Shown here piece after piece: positions 36,960 through 47,083 of a DNA stretch of 64,000 nucleotides. Position 1 is the first letter of the stretch. Every line of letters begins with the position of its first letter. The position numbers and the translations under genes are program-made. The notes beneath the pieces were generated by a model that did no database searches, had not been told where the DNA came from, and saw nothing but the letters and a program-made list of their open reading frames with translations. Source of the DNA: an uncultured Eggerthellaceae bacterium (GTDB lineage: Bacteria > Actinomycetota > Coriobacteriia > Coriobacteriales > Eggerthellaceae); contig CANQRF010000007.1 of the NCBI GenBank assembly GCA_947626195.1, positions 15,948-79,947 on the forward strand, given 5' to 3'.

Positions 36960-38240
36960 TTACGCGGCCAAGATCGCCAGACCGGCATCGGCCGCAGCCT
37001 CCGCCTTATCGAGCGTGTCGTTGGCGAGCGCACGATTGTGAACGCCCTCGCTGTTCTCCACCATCACGAAGTCCCAATAGAACTGCGCCTCGCGGTGCAG
37101 CTTCTGCAGCTCGGCAAGCTGCTCCTCGGTGATCGTCGCATCGGGGTTCAAAGCGCTCTCCCCGTCGGTGACGGTCACTTGCTCGCCGATGCCGTTGATG
37201 AGGTCTTCGATCTTCTCGCTGATGGCGACCACGCGCGCTTCGGACTCATCCTGCCAGCCGGTGACCTGCTTCACGACATCGGAATGGCAACCTGAGACGT
37301 TGCAGTTCTCAGTGACGAGGGTCTCGTTCTCAAGCGGGCTCTGCCAATAATGGGACGTGTAGGTTTTGCCCGTCTCGGTCCTCACCTCGGGCATATGGCA
37401 ATCCGCGCAGGTGTAGCCGTTGGTTGCGGCCATGATGCTCTGGCCGGACTCGCTCTTGCCGTAGACGGTCTCGAACTCGGGATGCTGCACCTTGATCATC
37501 GCCGCGCCAGACACCGGATGCACCCAATCCTTGAACCCCATATCGTCATAGTACGCGAGGATGGCGTCGGGGCTCATGGCGGCCAAGCCGCTGTAGGGGT
37601 TCGTCGTGACCTTCGTGTCGGGGTTGAAATAGTACTCGTTGTGGCACTGCCCGCAAACCTTCGACTGCGCCGGAATGCTTCCCGCGTCGGCGCCCATGGA
37701 GTCATACCAGAATTGGTTCATGGGCTTCAAGGTCTGCACGTTGTTCTCATGGCAGTTGTAGCAGCTGATCGGCTCGGTGTAGTTGCCGATCATGTCGTTG
37801 AACTTCTCGGCATACACCCCGTCGCCCTCGGCGTTCACCTGTGCGGTGAACTGCGGCGTCTTGCAGGTGATGCAGTTCGCCAGCTGCTCCTTCTCGATGG
37901 TGCGCAACGTGTTCTTCACGCTGTCGAGCGTGTAGAGGTGACTCGCCGCCTCGTCGTAATCCAACGAGAAAGCGTAGCCCTTGTACATCGTGTTCAGCGC
38001 CGGATACAGCTCGAGGTAGTCATGCTTGCCCGAGTCGGGCGAGTTTTCGCTGTTCTGCAGGTAGGTCTCGTACTCGTCAGGCCAGGCGGCTGCCCACGAC
38101 TCAGCGGTGACGACGCCGTATTCGTCGGCTGCGGGCGTGGCCTTCGACGTCGATTGCTGAGAGCAAGCTGCCATCCCGAAGACGACGGCCAACGCGAACA
38201 CCGATGCGGCTGCGAGCACGATCTTCTTGTTTTTGAACAT
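36960..38240 (-). CDS. nrfA: Pentahaem cytochrome c nitrite reductase (NrfA), lipoprotein-type signal
   Basis: Haem motifs CITCK (the diagnostic CxxCK), CYNCH, CGQCH and CADCH, plus C-NVSG-CH at the fifth position. The N-terminus MFKNKKIVLAAASVFALAVVFGMAAC ends in a lipobox-like Cys. Start taken as ATG 38240. Confidence 0.8.
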   Translation of the reverse strand: MFKNKKIVLAAASVFALAVVFGMAACSQQSTSKATPAADEYGVVTAESWAAAWPDEYETYLQNSENSPDSGKHDYLELYPALNTMYKGYAFSLDYDEAASHLYTLDSVKNTLRTIEKEQLANCITCKTPQFTAQVNAEGDGVYAEKFNDMIGNYTEPISCYNCHENNVQTLKPMNQFWYDSMGADAGSIPAQSKVCGQCHNEYYFNPDTKVTTNPYSGLAAMSPDAILAYYDDMGFKDWVHPVSGAAMIKVQHPEFETVYGKSESGQSIMAATNGYTCADCHMPEVRTETGKTYTSHYWQSPLENETLVTENCNVSGCHSDVVKQVTGWQDESEARVVAISEKIEDLINGIGEQVTVTDGESALNPDATITEEQLAELQKLHREAQFYWDFVMVENSEGVHNRALANDTLDKAEAAADAGLAILAA

Positions 38241-38466
38241 ACCTCTCCTCCTTTCTTCCACCTCGCACGTAACATACGTTGCCGACGCCCTGCAAGCATA
38301 GTGACACTTCGCATTTTTTCGAAGGTGACAGCAGGTATTGCTCCCTTCCTATGAGCGGTGCATGCGATAAGATTATGGGCATCTTACGAGTTGAGGGGAC
38401 GGTGGGGCTTATGACACTTCTGACGTCACGCGCTGCGCCCCCAATCGCACCTATGAGTGGCTGCCG

Positions 38467-39933
38467 ATGATCACGCTCAACCAGCGGTCGAAGACGCCGC
38501 TTTACGAACAGCTCTACGAACAGTTCCGCGACGGTATCTTGGAGGGCGTCTACCCCACGGCGTCGCGCCTGCCCTCCATCCGCGCACTTGCGGAAAGCCT
38601 CCATTGTTCGCGCAACACCGTCGAGGCGGCCTATCGCCTCCTTGCGCAGGAGGGATTCATCGAGAGCCGGCCCGGGTCGGGCTTCGTCGTGATGCCGCTC
38701 CCCCTTGAGCCGCGATTCGAAGACGTCCGCGTGGTTGGCGACGTGGGAAGAACACGCGACGTTGGAGGGTCCGACAGCGTGAACTTTGCCGTCCAATCTT
38801 TCGCCGACGCGAAGAGGCGGTGCCCCCTCGTGCAGCCCCGCTATGATTTCACCTATGGAAACCTCGAGCCGGGCACCTTCCCCTCGCTGGAATGGAAGGC
38901 GCTCACCGACGACATCCTCTTGAGCATCGACGCCACGAAGGCAGACGCCTACACCGACAGCGCCGGCGAAGAGGCGCTCCGACGGGAGATCGCCCGCATT
39001 CTCTCGCAGTCGCGCAACGTGAAGGCCCATCCCGAGCAGATCATCATCCAAGGCGGAACGCAGGCGAGCCTCCAAAACCTTCTCGGCCTCTTCGACCCGC
39101 AAAACGATGTCGTTGGCATGGAGGATCCGGGCTATGACGGGGCGCGCTCGGTGTTCGAGCGCTCTCACTTCACCGTATGCCCCCTTCCCACCTATCCCTA
39201 CGATTTCGAGCGATACTTCTCCGACATCGAGCAGAGCAGCGCTCGTCTTGTCTACCTCACGCCCTCCAACCAATTTCCCTTGGGATATGTGCTGCCAAAG
39301 GAGGCCCGCTATCGGCTGATCGAATGGGCGGCGAAAAACGACGCCTACCTGATAGAGGACGACTACTGCTCCGAGTTCAACTACCGTGAGCGCCCTCTCG
39401 CGGCCATGCAATCGCTCGACAACGAGGGGCGCGTCATCTATATGGGAACGTTTTCGAAGTCGCTTTCGCCCGCACTTCGCATGAACTACCTCGTTTTGCC
39501 GCCCGCCCTTCTCGCAACGTGGCGCGAGGTGTATTGGAACTCCTATCCCGCCGTGGCATGGCTCGGCCAGGAGGCACTTGCCCGCTACTTGGCGGACGAT
39601 CGGCGCGCGCGGCAGCTGCGGAGACTTCATGTGAGGTGCCGGCGGAAATACGAGCTGCTCACGGGCGCGCTGAGGAAGACCATGGGCAACCGCGTCGAGA
39701 TCATCGAAGGGGGCGCCGGACTCCACCTGCTGGTGAACGTGCTCGACGGACGAAGCCAAGGCGAGCTCATCGCCCGCGCGCGTGCAGCGGGCGTGCGCGT
39801 TTATGAGACGGATCGCTATTGGATGGCGGAGGACCACCCGCTGAAGAGCTGCGTGCTGATGGGCTTTTCGGCTATTGCGCTTGACGAGATCGAAGCCGGC
39901 GTAGAAGCCCTCGCCCGCGCGTGGTTCGGCTAG
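38467..39933 (+). CDS. MocR/GabR-type regulator (GntR wHTH fused to PLP aminotransferase-fold domain)
   Basis: N-terminal PLYEQLYEQFRDGILEGVYPTASRLPSIRALAESLHCSRNTVEAAY (GntR HTH). The C-terminal class-I aminotransferase fold has the PLP-Lys context YMGTFSKSLSPALRMNY. Confidence 0.8.
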   Translation: MITLNQRSKTPLYEQLYEQFRDGILEGVYPTASRLPSIRALAESLHCSRNTVEAAYRLLAQEGFIESRPGSGFVVMPLPLEPRFEDVRVVGDVGRTRDVGGSDSVNFAVQSFADAKRRCPLVQPRYDFTYGNLEPGTFPSLEWKALTDDILLSIDATKADAYTDSAGEEALRREIARILSQSRNVKAHPEQIIIQGGTQASLQNLLGLFDPQNDVVGMEDPGYDGARSVFERSHFTVCPLPTYPYDFERYFSDIEQSSARLVYLTPSNQFPLGYVLPKEARYRLIEWAAKNDAYLIEDDYCSEFNYRERPLAAMQSLDNEGRVIYMGTFSKSLSPALRMNYLVLPPALLATWREVYWNSYPAVAWLGQEALARYLADDRRARQLRRLHVRCRRKYELLTGALRKTMGNRVEIIEGGAGLHLLVNVLDGRSQGELIARARAAGVRVYETDRYWMAEDHPLKSCVLMGFSAIALDEIEAGVEALARAWFG

Positions 39934-42193
39934 GGCTTTCATCGGCACCTGATTTGCCGACCTCCGCGGCGTTTGATTGCGCCGCACGAAGTTCGCGAAG
40001 CTCGCCTTCAAGGCGATGTGCTTCTATCTGGTCGATGGAAGCGAAACGAGAGTCTATGACGAGGCGCGACGGAGGGTCGTTTGCTGAGGTGTCGTCTACC
40101 GCCGCGCTGGCGGCGCGATTTTTCATTGCAGCCTCCTCGGCGATGGTGAAAAGCTTTTCGAGCGCCTCTTCAACAAGCTGGGCGTTTCGCTCACAAAGCG
40201 GCCGGATGCGTTGCGCCAGCTCCTCACGGTTCTCGTAGCAAGCGGCGGCGCGCGCAACATACGTATCGGCGGACTCATCAAGCTCACCGAGGCATTCGGC
40301 AAGCCCGAGGTTTTCGAAATGCGACTGCACCTTATCGTTGTAATTCAAGCCCACGGCTGGCTTTCCCAGAACGTGATGGATGATCGAGCAGTGCAGGCGC
40401 ATCGCGAAGCCGAGTGACGAGCCTTTCATCACGGCAAAAAGGTCGTCCATGGGTAGGCGCTCCCCTATCGCGATGCTCTTTTCCCGCTGCGCCATGCGCG
40501 CACGCACGCGTTCGTGTATCGCGACATCGGTTTTATCGAAGGGAAGGAACACTGCCGTAAGCCCCGTTTGCACGACAATGCCATCGACGGCATGGGCAAT
40601 GCGATTTTCAAAGTCGGCGGGGTTCAGGTAGAAGTCGCGCAAAGCGACGACGAAATACGGCTGTTCGGGAAGGATATAGTGCGAACGCGCCGCGGATGTG
40701 CTGATGAAGTCCGCCGCCCCGAACGCCAGATCGGCGAAGGTCTCCACTTGCGTGGGAGGAACGCCCGCCTTCAAAAGAAGCTGTGAGCTTTGCTCGTCAC
40801 GCGTCATGAGAAGCGCCCCGCTGAGCCCTAAAAGGCGCGCCATATGCTGCGGTGCGGGATTCTCGAGCGGTCCGACGCCGAGGCCGATTCCCACCGTGGG
40901 GGTATCCAGCACCCGTGCCAGAAGGCTCGTCGCCGCCTGGCAGGCAGGATTCGACCAAGGGTCATAGAGAAACTCCAGATCGCCTGCCGTGGTCGCCATG
41001 GGGTAATCGAACAGAAGGCCACCGCTGAGCGTCATGACCGATGCGCCTTTGAGCGCACGATGCACCTCCGCCTTGCTATGGAGATCCGGAGCTTCGAAGC
41101 CGAACTGCCGGCGAATCGCCTCGGGACGCGCCCCGATCACCTTTACCTCGGCGTTCTTGAAACGTCGTCGGAAACGGGAGGCGAGAAACGTCATGAGAAG
41201 GTCGTCACCGAAGTTGTCGGCGCCGTACCATCCGTAGAGAACCGGACGAACCGCCGGCTGCTCACAGCAGAGCACCGCGCGCTTCCCCCGTTCAGCGGCA
41301 AGCCGATGAAGGTTTTCAAGCAATACGGGGACATCCTCATCCAGTGGCACGAGCGAGCTGAGGAGTTTCTGCTCACGCTCGCGCATGAGCGTTGCCACAC
41401 TGCCCTCTCCGGATGAGGTTAGATCCGCCAACAAGTTCGAGAGCGTGGCGCGGGAGAACGTGGCGAGCGATCCGGTGACCATGGCGTCGGCATTTACATC
41501 GGTGAATGACTGCTCTCTGAGTTCCGCGGCCAACGAATCTTCAAGGCACACGATGAGACCTTCCGCCATCCTCAGGCAGATTTCCTCGATTCCCACCGAC
41601 TCACTCGCGTCAGTGTTTGTGCCGTGAAAGTAAACGCAAATGCTTGCGAGGCGTGCTTGAAATGCCGGATCGCGCCCAAACACCCTGAAGTCGATAAGCG
41701 GCAAATCGCACGTGCCGCCCACCGAGGCATCGTAGCGCTCCTTCCCCTCCGGCTGCGGCAGCACAACGCCATGGCGCTTGACCGAAGCATCGGCGAGAAC
41801 GGCCTGCTGATAGGAGCGATCGGGGGCCGCGGTCAGCAGAAGGTCACTCTCTCCCATGCGCGGTTTCGCGCCCACCGTGATGAGCGCATCGCAGCGCCCC
41901 TGAGCCTCAGCGCCCACAGGGTGGCGCAACACCGCGAAAAGCACGTCTTTTTCCGAAAGAAACTCGCAAGCGCCCTCATCAAGTGGAACCGTTTTCTCGT
42001 CCCAAAGGACGAGCGAGGGGTCGAACTGCCCGAAAGCTACCTGCACAAGCTCTGAAACGCTTTCCCCTTCATGGGGGTCGATAACGCACAGCGCATGGCG
42101 CTGCGCGCGAAAGACCTCTTGAAGCCGATACGTATAGCTTGCCGCACCGTCGGGCGCGGCGGCAACGAAAAGAACTCGGGCATAGCCGCTCAT
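39872..42193 (-). CDS. Large multidomain protein containing a polysaccharide pyruvyl transferase (CsaB-like) domain
   Basis: The central block VLYGWYGADNFGDDLLMTF...IGLGVGP...RDEQS...MRLHCSII matches the PS_pyruv_trans family. About 330 aa N-terminal and about 130 aa C-terminal (coiled-coil-like) are unassigned. Start set at ATG 42193, overlapping the upstream stop as ATGA. Confidence 0.65.
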   Translation of the reverse strand: MSGYARVLFVAAAPDGAASYTYRLQEVFRAQRHALCVIDPHEGESVSELVQVAFGQFDPSLVLWDEKTVPLDEGACEFLSEKDVLFAVLRHPVGAEAQGRCDALITVGAKPRMGESDLLLTAAPDRSYQQAVLADASVKRHGVVLPQPEGKERYDASVGGTCDLPLIDFRVFGRDPAFQARLASICVYFHGTNTDASESVGIEEICLRMAEGLIVCLEDSLAAELREQSFTDVNADAMVTGSLATFSRATLSNLLADLTSSGEGSVATLMREREQKLLSSLVPLDEDVPVLLENLHRLAAERGKRAVLCCEQPAVRPVLYGWYGADNFGDDLLMTFLASRFRRRFKNAEVKVIGARPEAIRRQFGFEAPDLHSKAEVHRALKGASVMTLSGGLLFDYPMATTAGDLEFLYDPWSNPACQAATSLLARVLDTPTVGIGLGVGPLENPAPQHMARLLGLSGALLMTRDEQSSQLLLKAGVPPTQVETFADLAFGAADFISTSAARSHYILPEQPYFVVALRDFYLNPADFENRIAHAVDGIVVQTGLTAVFLPFDKTDVAIHERVRARMAQREKSIAIGERLPMDDLFAVMKGSSLGFAMRLHCSIIHHVLGKPAVGLNYNDKVQSHFENLGLAECLGELDESADTYVARAAACYENREELAQRIRPLCERNAQLVEEALEKLFTIAEEAAMKNRAASAAVDDTSANDPPSRLVIDSRFASIDQIEAHRLEGELRELRAAQSNAAEVGKSGADESPSRTTRGRGLLRRLRSRQAQ

Positions 42194-43494
42194 CGTGGCC
42201 CACCTTCCTCGGCAGATTGTTTCGTCACCGATCTCCCGCCCGACAAATGCCGCCTTATCTTTGAGAGCGGATCCATCAGAGCATTCCCGATGCGGTAGGA
42301 ATGCGACCGATACGCCGACTCCGCCGCGACGCGCCATGCCGCTCCATCGGCCTGCGCGCGCAGAAGCTCGCTATCCTTCGCCGACAATTCAAGCGACGCC
42401 TCTGCGGATGCCTGGCGGCTTTCCTGCAGAAGCGCGAAAAGGAACTGCTCTGCATCCTTCTCCCGAATGGCATCGTACGCCTCGCGAAGGTGTTCGAGCA
42501 GCATTTCCCGATAGGGCAACAGAGCCTCCACCCACTCCTCTTTGAAGGCTTGGTAGATCTCGGCATATTCCTCATAGGACTGCGCGGTGCTGAGCGCGTA
42601 ATGCACATGGGAAAGGATGAGGTTCACGAGGTGCTTTTCTATCCGCGGGGTAAGCAGCCCGTGGCTTTTCCCATAATTGACAATCTTGTCCAACGCCTTG
42701 AGGCCACTTGGCCCGCGGCGCTCCTTCGTGAGGCTCGTTCCGCCATCCACGCGATAGCGATAGAGGTTCTCGTCCAAAAGAACCATGCGCCGGCAATTGA
42801 GAAACGCCTCGTAGGTGAAGACCATGTCCTCTGCGGTCACGAGATCCTCGGGAAAGCGGATGTTGAGTCCTTTCACAAACGACGAGCGCCACAGCACGTG
42901 CCACACGCTGGGAATGGCGAAATCGATGGATTGGCAGGCCGTGTCCTCAAGGCTGAACGGGCGATCGTAGAGCGCGCTTTCCCAACAACGCGGGCGCGGA
43001 TAGCCCATTTGGCGCTTTCCGAAATAGCGCTCGAAGCTGAAGATCACGATGTCGGCATCGTGGGTTTCGGCGGATTGAATGGGTTCGTACACGAAGGTCA
43101 CCGCAGGGATGTCGTCGCTGTCGGCAAACAGGAGAAACTCCCCTTCCGCTGCATCGATTCCCGCATTGCGGGCAGCAGAGGGACCGCGGGATTCCTCCAG
43201 GCTGACAAGGCGAACACGCGAAGCCGTGCCCGGGCGCGCGACAAATTCCTCGATGATAGCGCGCGAACCGTCCACTGATCCGTCTTCCACACAGATGATC
43301 TCGTATGCAAAGGGAAATTGGCTCCGCGTAGCTTCGGCGAGCTTTTCGGTTCCGTCGGCCTTTTCATCAGAGGTATGCGCCGTTTCCCGAGCTTTTTCGC
43401 CAGAAACGTGCGCCACCTGCGACGTCAACGGTTCGAGGCATTCCCGAAGATATGCCTCGGCGTTGTGCACAGGGATGATGACGCTTGCTTTCAA
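42190..43494 (-). CDS. Glycosyltransferase family 2 with internal insertion
   Basis: MKASVIIPVHNAEAYLRECL, then a roughly 45-aa acidic/low-complexity insertion, then EIICVEDGSVDGS and LLFADSDD (DxD). Confidence 0.75.
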   Translation of the reverse strand: MKASVIIPVHNAEAYLRECLEPLTSQVAHVSGEKARETAHTSDEKADGTEKLAEATRSQFPFAYEIICVEDGSVDGSRAIIEEFVARPGTASRVRLVSLEESRGPSAARNAGIDAAEGEFLLFADSDDIPAVTFVYEPIQSAETHDADIVIFSFERYFGKRQMGYPRPRCWESALYDRPFSLEDTACQSIDFAIPSVWHVLWRSSFVKGLNIRFPEDLVTAEDMVFTYEAFLNCRRMVLLDENLYRYRVDGGTSLTKERRGPSGLKALDKIVNYGKSHGLLTPRIEKHLVNLILSHVHYALSTAQSYEEYAEIYQAFKEEWVEALLPYREMLLEHLREAYDAIREKDAEQFLFALLQESRQASAEASLELSAKDSELLRAQADGAAWRVAAESAYRSHSYRIGNALMDPLSKIRRHLSGGRSVTKQSAEEGGPR

Positions 43495-43685
43495 CCGGCC
43501 TCCTCAGCCTCAAGGCGGACGTCGCGGTAGACATCGTGGAGATCGCCCACGAAAACTTCTCGTAAAACTCCATGCCCATGCTACCACATGGTAAGATACC
43601 CTAAGCGAAACACGACAGAAAGACCCGCGCACGGAGCGCGAGATATCAGAGACAGCAGCAGAAAGAAGAGGGAAAGAAGAACCCC

Positions 43686-45275
43686 ATGTCCAAAGGCACC
43701 TATTCGTTCACCACACCGATCTACTACGTCAACGCGGCACCGCACCTCGGCACCGCCTACACCACCATCGCCGCCGACACCGTGGCGCGCTACCAGCGCA
43801 TGAACGATTACGACGTCTCCTTCGTCACCGGACTCGACGAGCACGGCCAGAAGGTGGCGGAAGTGGCCGCCGATCACGGCATGACGCCGCAGGAATGGTG
43901 CGATTCCATGGTGGGCGCCTTCACGGACACGTGGGAGATGCTCAACATCACCTATACGAGCTTCGTCCGCACGACAAGCGCCGCCCAACATCGGACCGTG
44001 CAGAAGTTCTGGCAAGACCTCTACGACAAGGGCTATCTGTATAAAAGCTCCTACGAGGGCTGGTATTGCGTGCACGAGGAAACGTACTACGCGGAAAGCG
44101 ACCTTCTGCGCGACGAGGACGGGAACTTCATCTGCCCCGACTGCAAGCGTCCCGTGCAGCGCGCCTCGGGCGAGGAGAACTGGTTCTTCAAGCTTTCGGA
44201 GTTCCAGCAGCCACTGCTGGAGTTCTATGAGAAGAACCCCGAGTTCATCCGCCCGGAAACGCGGCGCAACGAGATTGTCTCGTTCGTGAGCCGCGGCCTG
44301 CAGGACCTTTCCATCAGCCGCTCGACCTTCGATTGGGGCATTCCCCTGCCCTTCGACGAAGGACACGTGTGCTATGTGTGGGCGGACGCGCTCTTGGCCT
44401 ACCTCACCGGCATCGGCTACGCCGACCCCAACCGCGAAGCGGAATTCAATGCGAATTGGCCCATGCAATACCACTTCGTCGGCAAGGACATCACGCGCTT
44501 CCACTGCGTGATCTGGCCGGCGATGCTCATGGCCGCCGGCATGCCGATCACCCACACGGTGTTCGGCCACGGCTTCTTGCTCACAAAGGGCGAGAAGATG
44601 TCGAAATCGAAGGGCAACGCCTTGAGCCCCGCCGACATGGTGAAGACCTTCGGCGTGGACGCCTACCGCTATTACTTCATGAGCGACGTGCAGTTCGGCC
44701 ACGACGGCTCCATCTCGCTGGAGCGCATGGTGCAGGTGTACAACAACGAGCTCGCGAACACGTGGGGCAACCTCGTGAGCCGCGTGTTCAATATGACGAA
44801 GAAATACTTCGATTCCTGCGTGCCCGTCGTGATGGATGACGACAAGCCGCTCGTGGAGGCAAACCCATTGCGCGAGATCGCCGACGAGCTGTATGCCACC
44901 TACGACGATGCGATGAGCATCGTTGATTTCTCGGGAGCCACGCAGGCGGTGATGAAGCTTGCCTCGCGCGTGAACAGCTACGTGGAGGAGCAGGCGCCGT
45001 GGAACCTCGCGAAGAGCGAGGAGACGCAGGGCCAGCTCGCGGCCGTTATCTACAACGCACTGGAGGCCATCCGCGTCATCGCGCTCTATATGGCGCCCTT
45101 CGCCCCGCAGACGTCCGCCGAGGTGTGGCGCCGCCTTTCGCTTGGCGACGTGTTCGCGGTGACCGACATCCAAGGGGCTTCCGTATGGGGTGCGCTTCCC
45201 GCTGGGCATCACGTGGAAACGGGAGATCCGCTCTTCCCGCGCCTTGATGTGGAAGCAATCGACTTCGAAGAATAG
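43686..45275 (+). CDS. metG: Methionine--tRNA ligase (short form)
   Basis: Class I motifs PHLGTAYT (HIGH-type) and KMSKSKGN. Zn-knuckle remnant CPDCKRPV. Confidence 0.95.
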   Translation: MSKGTYSFTTPIYYVNAAPHLGTAYTTIAADTVARYQRMNDYDVSFVTGLDEHGQKVAEVAADHGMTPQEWCDSMVGAFTDTWEMLNITYTSFVRTTSAAQHRTVQKFWQDLYDKGYLYKSSYEGWYCVHEETYYAESDLLRDEDGNFICPDCKRPVQRASGEENWFFKLSEFQQPLLEFYEKNPEFIRPETRRNEIVSFVSRGLQDLSISRSTFDWGIPLPFDEGHVCYVWADALLAYLTGIGYADPNREAEFNANWPMQYHFVGKDITRFHCVIWPAMLMAAGMPITHTVFGHGFLLTKGEKMSKSKGNALSPADMVKTFGVDAYRYYFMSDVQFGHDGSISLERMVQVYNNELANTWGNLVSRVFNMTKKYFDSCVPVVMDDDKPLVEANPLREIADELYATYDDAMSIVDFSGATQAVMKLASRVNSYVEEQAPWNLAKSEETQGQLAAVIYNALEAIRVIALYMAPFAPQTSAEVWRRLSLGDVFAVTDIQGASVWGALPAGHHVETGDPLFPRLDVEAIDFEE

Positions 45276-45302
45276 AAGAAGAGGAACGCGGAAGACCAGC
45301 CC

Positions 45303-46445
45303 TTGGCAGACGAAGCGACAGACAGCCAGACGGGCCTTGATTTGACGGACAGCGAGCAGGCGCAACCGAGCCACGTGAGCGGCGCCTTTCTCTGCCGCGA
45401 GAATGAGGCGTACCTGCGCGGCGCCTTCTTCCAGAAGCGCAAGCGGGGCACGTGGCGGCAGGTGGAGGCGCCTCGCCTCGCTGGGCCGGTGGCCGACACC
45501 CATGCCCACCTGCAGCTTCTCGACGATCCCGCACTCTCCCTCGTCCGCTGCGGAGAGCGCAACGTGGATTTCGTCGTCACGATCATCGACATCGTGGAGG
45601 ATGGCGCCGTAGCGTTTGAAAATCTCACGGCGTGGCAGGGGGAGGCGGCAAGGATTCTCTCCGAGCTTACAGCCTCCGCAGGGCTTTCACCCTCCGCTGA
45701 GCTTTCAGCCTTCGACCAGCCGCAACGACCTCCCGCGATGCCATCCACGGCAGGCTCCCCCTCTCTTTCCTCGCTCTCGTCTCTCCCCGAGCCGCCTCAT
45801 ATGCGCATCGTCTGCGGCTGCCATCCGCACAACGCGAAGGATTTCACACCCATTGCCGAGGCTGAGCTGCACCGGCGCCTGAGCGACCCACGTGTCTGCG
45901 CGGTCGGTGAGATCGGCCTCGACTACCATTACGACCTCTCTCCTCGCGAGACGCAGCGCGAGGTGTTCGCCCGCCAGCTCGCCATCGCGCGCGAATACAA
46001 GCTTCCCGTGGTGCTCCACATCCGAGAGGCCCATGACGACGCTTTCGCGATTCTCTCGTGCGAAGGATTCCCTCCGGCGGGGACGCTGCTGCACTGCTAT
46101 AACCTCGACGCCGCCGAGCTCGCACGCTGGGTGGATGCGGGCTGCTATGTGGCCTTCGGCGGAGCGCTCACCTTCCACGCATCGGACGACGTGCGCGAAG
46201 CGGCGAAAACCGTGCCGCTTGACCGCCTGCTCACCGAAACCGACGCCCCCTACATGTCTCCCGAACCGCTTCGCGGCATCAAATGCGGCCCCGAATATGT
46301 TATTTTCACCGCGGCATTGCTCTGCGAGCTCTTCGACGCGCAAAGCCCCGAGAGCCAGCGCGCATTTCTCGCCACGCTGAATAAAAACGCCCACGCTTTG
46401 CTCGACCGACGCCGTTTTGACCACTCAGAAGGAGGCAGTTCATGA
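45303..46445 (+). CDS. tatD: TatD-family metal-dependent hydrolase with N-terminal extension and low-complexity insert
   Basis: VADTHAHL (first metal site), GEIGLDYHY, VVLHIREA, LHCY and ETDAPYM motifs. The DTHAH motif sits unusually far (about residue 64) from the ORF start, so the start is uncertain. Confidence 0.8.
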   Translation: MADEATDSQTGLDLTDSEQAQPSHVSGAFLCRENEAYLRGAFFQKRKRGTWRQVEAPRLAGPVADTHAHLQLLDDPALSLVRCGERNVDFVVTIIDIVEDGAVAFENLTAWQGEAARILSELTASAGLSPSAELSAFDQPQRPPAMPSTAGSPSLSSLSSLPEPPHMRIVCGCHPHNAKDFTPIAEAELHRRLSDPRVCAVGEIGLDYHYDLSPRETQREVFARQLAIAREYKLPVVLHIREAHDDAFAILSCEGFPPAGTLLHCYNLDAAELARWVDAGCYVAFGGALTFHASDDVREAAKTVPLDRLLTETDAPYMSPEPLRGIKCGPEYVIFTAALLCELFDAQSPESQRAFLATLNKNAHALLDRRRFDHSEGGSS

Positions 46446-47083
46446 GACGACTTATCATCCTTGGATCCTCCCGTGCCCACGGGCGCAGCGCAGCCCTCGT
46501 CGATGCACTCTTTGAAGCCTGCATGCACGATTATCCCGAGGACGCTGCGGCGGTGCTTTCGGTCGCCGCGCTTTCGATCAGCGGCTGTCTAGGATGCGAC
46601 GCCTGCCGTGCAACAACTGAGATCGAGCTGCCCGACGAAGACGATCCACTCTACCCCTGCGCACGTGCGCGAAAGAGCCGCACCTCGGCGCATCGGTGCA
46701 TCATGCACGACGACATGGACCGCGTGCGCCTTGAGCTCGACGCGGCAAACGAGCTCATCGTCGTGACGCCCGTCTATTTCGCAAGCGTCCCCTCGCAGCT
46801 GAAGGCCCTGCTCGATCGCCTGCAGCCCTATTTCTGGACGAACCTTCGCACGCGGAAGAAGCGCCCCTGCACCCTTCACCTCGTCGGAGAGGGGAAAGAC
46901 CCTTGGGGCTATGACGGGGCGGTGCGGTGCGTGCAGTCGGCGCTTTCCTGTGCGGGCTTCGAGGTGGTGAGCCTCATGGACTGGGTCGGAAAGCTCAGCT
47001 CGGAAGGCGAGATCCTCGCGGACGCCGATGAATACGTGCTCGTGGAAAGCGACGAGGACGAGAGCAACGAGGACGGCGAATGA
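46442..47083 (+). CDS. Flavodoxin-like fold NAD(P)H-dependent FMN reductase / iron-sulfur flavoprotein-like protein
   Basis: MRRLIILGSSRAHGRSAAL... and IVVTPVYFASVPSQLKALLDRL match the NADPH-dependent FMN reductase pattern. There is a Cys cluster (CLGCDAC). It is ATGA-coupled to tatD. Confidence 0.55.
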   Translation: MRRLIILGSSRAHGRSAALVDALFEACMHDYPEDAAAVLSVAALSISGCLGCDACRATTEIELPDEDDPLYPCARARKSRTSAHRCIMHDDMDRVRLELDAANELIVVTPVYFASVPSQLKALLDRLQPYFWTNLRTRKKRPCTLHLVGEGKDPWGYDGAVRCVQSALSCAGFEVVSLMDWVGKLSSEGEILADADEYVLVESDEDESNEDGE

